64,000 nucleotides of DNA from Escherichia phage REP2. The stretch lies in sequence record OQ174501.1; one strand, written 5' to 3'. The notes beneath the pieces are model-generated. The model ran no database searches, was not told the origin of the DNA, and saw nothing but the letters and a program-made list of their open reading frames with translations. Numbering within the stretch: position 1 is the first letter of the stretch; every line of letters starts with the position of its first letter. Made by a program: the position numbers and the translations under genes. This document shows positions 59,493-64,000 of the stretch, piece by piece.

Positions 59493-60119
59493 ATGTATGA
59501 ATACAAATTTGATGTGAGAGTTGGTTCTAAAATAATCAACTGTCGCGCATTTACTCTTAAAGAATATCTAGAACTTATTACTGCTAAAAAGAACGGTTCA
59601 GTAGAAGAGATCGTTAAAAAGCTAATTAAAGACTGTACAAATGCAAAAGATTTAAACCGTCAAGAATCAGAATTATTGCTGATTCATTTATGGGCGCATT
59701 CTCTTGGAGAAGTTAATCACGAAAACTCCTGGAAGTGCACCTGTGGAACTGAAATACCAACCCATATAAATCTATTACATACACAAATAGATGCACCAGA
59801 AGACCTCTGGTATACACTGGGTGACATTAAAATTAAGTTCCATTACCCTAAAATTTTTGATGATAAAAACATAGCCAACATGATAGTATCATGTATAGAA
59901 ACGATTCATGCTAACGGTGAAAGCATTCCAATTGAAGACTTAAATGAAAAAGAGTTGGAAGATTTATATTCTATCATCACAGAGTCAGATATTGTAGCTA
60001 TAAAAGATATGCTTTTAAAGCCTACTGTTTATTTGGCTGTTCCAATTAAGTGTCCAGAGTGTGGAAAAACTCACGCTCATGTAATAAGAGGACTCAAAGA
60101 ATTCTTTGAGCTATTGTAA
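59493..60119 (+). CDS. 26: Baseplate hub subunit gp26
   Basis: 208 codons as in T4 gp26. Confidence 0.8.
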   Translation: MYEYKFDVRVGSKIINCRAFTLKEYLELITAKKNGSVEEIVKKLIKDCTNAKDLNRQESELLLIHLWAHSLGEVNHENSWKCTCGTEIPTHINLLHTQIDAPEDLWYTLGDIKIKFHYPKIFDDKNIANMIVSCIETIHANGESIPIEDLNEKELEDLYSIITESDIVAIKDMLLKPTVYLAVPIKCPECGKTHAHVIRGLKEFFELL

Positions 60120-60517
60120 TGGCAAATATTAATAAGCTTTATTCTGACATTGACCCAGAAATGAAAATGGATTGGGACAAAGATGTTTCAAGATCTCTTG
60201 GATTAAGGTCAATTAAAAATAGCCTTTTAGGAATTATTACAACCAGGAAAGGGTCAAGGCCATTTGACCCAGAATTTGGATGTGATTTATCTGATCAGCT
60301 TTTTGAGAATATGACTCCTCTTACTGCTGATACTGTTGAGCGTAACATTGAAAGCGCAGTAAGAAACTACGAGCCACGTATTGATAAATTAGCAGTTAAT
60401 GTAATACCGGTTTATGATGATTATACTCTGATAGTAGAAATACGCTTTTCAGTCATCGATAACCCTGATGATATTGAGCAGATAAAACTACAACTAGCTT
60501 CCAGTAACAGAGTATAA
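60119..60517 (+). CDS. 25: Baseplate wedge subunit gp25
   Basis: 132 codons as in T4 gp25; overlapping start with gene 26 stop. Confidence 0.85.
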   Translation: MANINKLYSDIDPEMKMDWDKDVSRSLGLRSIKNSLLGIITTRKGSRPFDPEFGCDLSDQLFENMTPLTADTVERNIESAVRNYEPRIDKLAVNVIPVYDDYTLIVEIRFSVIDNPDDIEQIKLQLASSNRV

Positions 60518-60543
60518 TGCTTCACGTATAAACGTGGTATAAT
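60518..60543 (+). promoter_or_regulatory. Middle promoter (MotA box TGCTTCA plus TATAAT) for uvsY
   Basis: TGCTTCA at 60518-60524, 13-nt gap, TATAAT at 60538-60543; no GTTTAC -35. Confidence 0.6.
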
Positions 60544-60583
60544 GAATCTAAGTCCATCCAATAACAATTGAATAGAGAACAAT

Positions 60584-60997
60584 ATGAAATTAGAAGATCT
60601 TCAAGAAGAATTGAAGAAAGATGTGTTTATAGATTCGACTAAATTACAGTATGAAGCAGCTAATAATGTGATGTTATATAGTAAATGGCTCAATAAGCAT
60701 TCAAGTATTAAAAAGGAAATGCTTAGAATTGATGCACAGAAAAAAGTTGCTCTTAAAGCTAAATTAGACTACTACTCGGGACGAGGAGATGGTGATGAAT
60801 TTAGTATGGACCGTTATGAGAAATCAGAAATGAAGACAGTTCTATCAGCTGATAAGGATGTTTTAAAAGTTGATACTTCATTACAATATTGGGGAATTTT
60901 ATTGGATTTCTGTAGCGGAGCTCTTGATGCTATTAAATCACGCGGATTTGCTATTAAGCATATTCAAGACATGCGAGCATTTGAGGCTGGAAAATAA
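60584..60997 (+). CDS. uvsY: Recombination mediator UvsY
   Basis: 137 codons as in T4 UvsY. Confidence 0.85.
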   Translation: MKLEDLQEELKKDVFIDSTKLQYEAANNVMLYSKWLNKHSSIKKEMLRIDAQKKVALKAKLDYYSGRGDGDEFSMDRYEKSEMKTVLSADKDVLKVDTSLQYWGILLDFCSGALDAIKSRGFAIKHIQDMRAFEAGK

Positions 60998-61221
60998 TGA
61001 AATATAGCATTGATGATGCTTTTAATTATGAAGAAGAATTCGAAACGGAAATTCAATTCTTAATGAAAAAGTATAATCTCAAGCGTCAGGATATTCGTAT
61101 CCTGGCCGACCACCCATGCGGTGAAGATGTACTTTATGTTAAAGGAAAATTTGCTGGATATCTTGATGAATATTTTTATTCCAAAGATATGGGCATTGAT
61201 ATGCATATGAGAGTTATATAA
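60997..61221 (+). CDS. Hypothetical protein (74 aa)
   Basis: ORF with ATGA overlap to uvsY. Confidence 0.5.
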   Translation: MKYSIDDAFNYEEEFETEIQFLMKKYNLKRQDIRILADHPCGEDVLYVKGKFAGYLDEYFYSKDMGIDMHMRVI

Positions 61222-61224
61222 ATA
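61217..61224 (+). promoter_or_regulatory. Late promoter TATAAATA
   Basis: Exact TATAAATA about 26 nt upstream of the next small ORF. Confidence 0.5.
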
Positions 61225-61249
61225 GATATATAATTTAGAGGAGACAATC

Positions 61250-61417
61250 ATGTCAGATAAGATTTGTGTTGTCTGTAAAACTCCAATCGATTCTGCATTG
61301 GTTGTTGAAACAGACAAAGGTCCTGTACATCCTGGGCCTTGCTATAATTACATTAAAGAACTACCAGTTTCAGAAAGTTCGGAAGAACAATTAAATGAAA
61401 CACAACTTTTGCTATAG
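61250..61417 (+). CDS. Hypothetical small protein (55 aa)
   Basis: ATG after GGAGACAATC; not in the ORF track; translation MSDKICVVCKTPIDSALVVETDKGPVHPGPCYNY... Confidence 0.4.
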   Translation: MSDKICVVCKTPIDSALVVETDKGPVHPGPCYNYIKELPVSESSEEQLNETQLLL

Positions 61418-61440
61418 TGTGACCTTTAGTCTATAGTTTT

Positions 61441-61474
61441 GGCCCTTCCTTTTTGGTTGGGCCTTTTTTAATTT
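61441..61474 (+). terminator. Terminator-like hairpin GGCCC...GGGCC followed by TTTTTTAATTT
   Basis: 5-bp GC stem with a long loop and a strong T-run, between convergent ORFs. Confidence 0.45.
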
Positions 61475-61715
61475 AAAAGCTTTCTTCTACTTCATCGTCT
61501 GAATCTTCTAATTCAGCTCTTTTTCCTGCCAAAGCATCTCTCACAGAGATGTCATCAGTATCTTTTAATTCAGTTTCTTTAACTCTTTTCTTATAATAAG
61601 CTTCAAGTTCTTCTAAACCTTCTAATGTTTGACAAGAGGCAATTTTACCCATAAATTCATCAATAGAAGCTTCATAAAGAAATTGTTTAAATTCTAGTAA
61701 CATCTTTTTCTCCAA
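61473..61715 (-). CDS. UvsW.1-like small protein (80 aa)
   Basis: Small acidic ORF immediately downstream of uvsW on the same strand. Confidence 0.6.
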   Translation of the reverse strand: MEKKMLLEFKQFLYEASIDEFMGKIASCQTLEGLEELEAYYKKRVKETELKDTDDISVRDALAGKRAELEDSDDEVEESF

Positions 61716-61724
61716 AGGGCCGAA

Positions 61725-61740
61725 GCCCTTATAAATTAAC
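61725..61740 (-). other. UUCG-tetraloop hairpin AAGGGC-UUCG-GCCCUU at the uvsW / uvsW.1 junction
   Basis: Perfect 6-bp stem on the minus-strand transcript, overlapping the uvsW stop codon. Confidence 0.5.
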
Positions 61741-63240
61741 TGTTTTCATTACGTAATTAAATTTTTCATCTGCGTAGCGCTGAATACGATCAATGCCGTG
61801 TTTTAAAAGATAGTTCAAATGAACGTATTTCTTTTTCGTATTAGCAGATTTTGGCTTGACGCCTGCGTCATCTATAAGATCCCAGACTGTTGCAATTGTT
61901 TTAGAACCATGTTTACGTAATACGCGACCTATTGTTTGCAATACAATAATTTTAGATTTAACACCGTGTGCTAAAACAACGTGATGCAGATTTTTAACTG
62001 AAATACCAGTAGAAAATACACCATAACTAGCTACTATAATTATTCCTTTACCGTTTTCAGCTAAGGTTTTCATTATATTGCGGGTTTCGGTATCAACTTC
62101 CCCTGATACGTAATAAACTTTATCGTATTCATTTTTAATTAAATCGAAAATAGCTTTACCATGCGATACATGTTTAAACATGACAAAAGCGTTTTCATCT
62201 TTTTGTGCAAGCTTAATAGCTAATTTAGCGATCCATTTATTTCTTTTACTGAGCCCAGTAATAATTTTTATTTCTTCTTGGTAATTTTTTCCCTTTAATT
62301 TAGTAGTGAACTCATCGGGATAGCGAAGAAAAATGCTATTAATTTTTAACTCAGTTACTTGTCCATCTTCCATTAATTTAGAGGTCGTTACTGGCTTAAA
62401 TATTTCACCAAACATTCCAACATACTGCATGATATTGGCTTTGCCATCGCGCAATGAACCAGACAAACCAAATTTAAACATGCAGTTATTTAAACCTGAT
62501 ATTATAGATGAAATACTTTTTCCTGTAGCAAGATGACATTCATCATTCATCATCATTCCAAACTGTGAGAACCATTCTTTTGGTTGTTTTACTACAGTTT
62601 GCCATGTACCAACAACGACTGGTGCATCATTTTTATATTTATCATCTTTTGATGCTCCACCGCCGATTTTCTTTATCATTGCATGACTGAATAAACGATA
62701 GTCAACAAAGTCATCAGCCATCTGAGTTGTCAGAGCAGTTGTTGGAACAATAATAAGAATTTTGCCTTCATAATTTTCCAAATAATATCGAGCAAGCAAA
62801 GCTTGAATTAAAGATTTACCTGCGGATGTTGGAAGATTAAGAATTCTACGACGATTAACTAATCCTTCGAACACTGCATCTTTTTGATACCAATGCGGTT
62901 CAATTCTTTTATTTCCTGAATAGATTTCTAATTTAGAAAGCCATTCATCAAAATCTTTTCTTGATAATTCTTCTTTTTCGTTAATCTGTGGGTCAATCCA
63001 GGCTTTATAGCCAAAGTTATCGCAGAACTTTTTAATTTGCCCGACTAAACCGAATGGAAGAAGGCGATTATAATCTAAAAGACGAATTCGTCCATCCCAG
63101 TGGCCATATTTGTACTTCGGATTAAAACGATACCCATCAGCTTCAAAGCTAAAGAAATCACGGAGTTCATGAAATGTACTTTCTTCGCAATCAATTCTCA
63201 CGTGACTAAAATCATAAAAATGTACTTTAATGTCAGTCAT
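61729..63240 (-). CDS. uvsW: UvsW RNA-DNA / DNA helicase (SF2)
   Basis: 503 codons; translation MTDIKVHFYDFSHVRIDCEESTF... with Walker A (TSAGKS) and DEAH-like (NDECH) motifs, matching T4 UvsW. Confidence 0.9.
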   Translation of the reverse strand: MTDIKVHFYDFSHVRIDCEESTFHELRDFFSFEADGYRFNPKYKYGHWDGRIRLLDYNRLLPFGLVGQIKKFCDNFGYKAWIDPQINEKEELSRKDFDEWLSKLEIYSGNKRIEPHWYQKDAVFEGLVNRRRILNLPTSAGKSLIQALLARYYLENYEGKILIIVPTTALTTQMADDFVDYRLFSHAMIKKIGGGASKDDKYKNDAPVVVGTWQTVVKQPKEWFSQFGMMMNDECHLATGKSISSIISGLNNCMFKFGLSGSLRDGKANIMQYVGMFGEIFKPVTTSKLMEDGQVTELKINSIFLRYPDEFTTKLKGKNYQEEIKIITGLSKRNKWIAKLAIKLAQKDENAFVMFKHVSHGKAIFDLIKNEYDKVYYVSGEVDTETRNIMKTLAENGKGIIIVASYGVFSTGISVKNLHHVVLAHGVKSKIIVLQTIGRVLRKHGSKTIATVWDLIDDAGVKPKSANTKKKYVHLNYLLKHGIDRIQRYADEKFNYVMKTVNL

Positions 63241-63269
63241 GTCTAAATACCATGTAATAAATATATCTA

Positions 63270-63277
63270 TATTTATA
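63270..63277 (-). promoter_or_regulatory. Late promoter TATAAATA (uvsW)
   Basis: Exact TATAAATA on the minus strand about 30 nt upstream of the uvsW start. Confidence 0.55.
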
Positions 63278-63290
63278 CTGAGGAAATATT

Positions 63291-63971
63291 ATGATAGATA
63301 AAGATTATATTGCAGAGCTGAAGGCTCTTGATGATAATAAAGAAGCTAAAGCTAAATTAGCTGAATATGCTGAACAGTTTGGTATAAAGGTCAAAAAGAA
63401 TAAATCTTTTGATAATATCGTTAATGATATTGAAGAAGCTCTCCAGAAGCTCGCTAGTGAACCTATGCCAGAGACTGATGGGTTATCTATTAAAGACTTA
63501 ATTGATGCTGCTGATGCCACAGACGGATTAAAATATGACGATGAAGAAGTCAATCCAGAGGCAGCACTTCTGATTGATTCTCCGGTTAAATCTGACATTA
63601 AAATTGAAGTAGTAGAAACGGATAAAATTCCTGAAAATACCACTGTTTTAATTGAAGATACTCCTTTTGTTGAAGAAAAATTCGAACAGGCTGTAGCTGA
63701 GATTATTGAATCTGAAAAGCCGTCTGTATTTACTCTTCCGGAAAACTTTAGTCCGAATCTTCAGCTGATTGGAAAAAATCCAGGATTCTGCACTGTTCCT
63801 TGGTGGATTTATCAATGGATTGCTGAAACCCCAGATTGGAAATCTCACCCAACTAGTTTTGAACATGCGTCGGCACACCAAACTTTATTTAGCTTAATTT
63901 ACTACATTAATCGTGACGGATCAGTTCTAATTCGTGAAACACGTAATTCTTCTTTCGTAACATTAAAATAA
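63291..63971 (+). CDS. inh: Inh-like protein (prohead protease inhibitor)
   Basis: 226 codons; lies between uvsW and hoc, where T4 carries inh. Identity rests on size and synteny. Confidence 0.55.
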   Translation: MIDKDYIAELKALDDNKEAKAKLAEYAEQFGIKVKKNKSFDNIVNDIEEALQKLASEPMPETDGLSIKDLIDAADATDGLKYDDEEVNPEAALLIDSPVKSDIKIEVVETDKIPENTTVLIEDTPFVEEKFEQAVAEIIESEKPSVFTLPENFSPNLQLIGKNPGFCTVPWWIYQWIAETPDWKSHPTSFEHASAHQTLFSLIYYINRDGSVLIRETRNSSFVTLK

Positions 63972-63980
63972 GGATAACTT

Positions 63981-64000
63981 ATGGCTTTTACAGTTGATAT
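63981..64000 (+). CDS. hoc: Hoc (outer capsid protein), first codons only
   Basis: ATG at 63981 followed by GCTTTTACAGTTGATAT (MAFTVDI), resembling the T4 Hoc N-terminus MTFTVDI; truncated by the window end. Confidence 0.4.

Noticed and set aside
63305-63881. Minus-strand ORFs (63305-63643, 63648-63881) opposite inh
   Set aside because: Antisense to the inh-like gene, which has a late-promoter and RBS context; no independent signals.

Overview
This window reads as a contiguous segment of a T-even (T4-like, Tequatrovirus-type) myovirus genome, in reverse-complement orientation relative to the standard T4 map. All gene calls rest on protein-level recognition from the supplied ORF translations, ORF lengths matching T4 orthologues, and T4-colinear gene order; no database search was possible. 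Gene order: fused topoisomerase gene 39, rIIA, rIIB, denB, a run of tiny membrane peptides, ndd, stp, ac, 52, motA, arn, asiA; then convergently holin t, a T2-type gp38 adhesin and tail fibre genes 37-36-35-34; then rnh, dsbA, 33, 59, 32, frd, td, nrdA, nrdB, denA, rnlA, alc, pseT, cd, 31, rIII, ligase 30, alt; then baseplate hub genes 54-48-29-28-27-51 on the minus strand, followed by 26, 25, uvsY, uvsW, inh and the start of hoc. Regulatory signals are dense and classical: GTTTAC/TAnnAT early promoters, MotA-box middle promoters, TATAAATA late promoters, UUCG-tetraloop hairpins and the gene 32 operator pseudoknot. No tRNA, rRNA, CRISPR or integrase was seen. Differences from T4 that merit a second look: nrdA is split in two by a free-standing HNH endonuclease gene; gene 39 is a single 605-codon ORF with no gene 60 bypass or mobA; td and nrdB are intron-free and segD is absent; there are two tandem alt paralogues; a NADAR-like plus HAD-like gene pair sits upstream of the ligase; and several early promoters carry inverted repeats that would sequester the downstream Shine-Dalgarno only in read-through transcripts. 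Most of the window is well-trodden T-even biology; I did not find a clearly new multi-gene system, and the NADAR/HAD pair and the split nrdA are the best candidates for follow-up.
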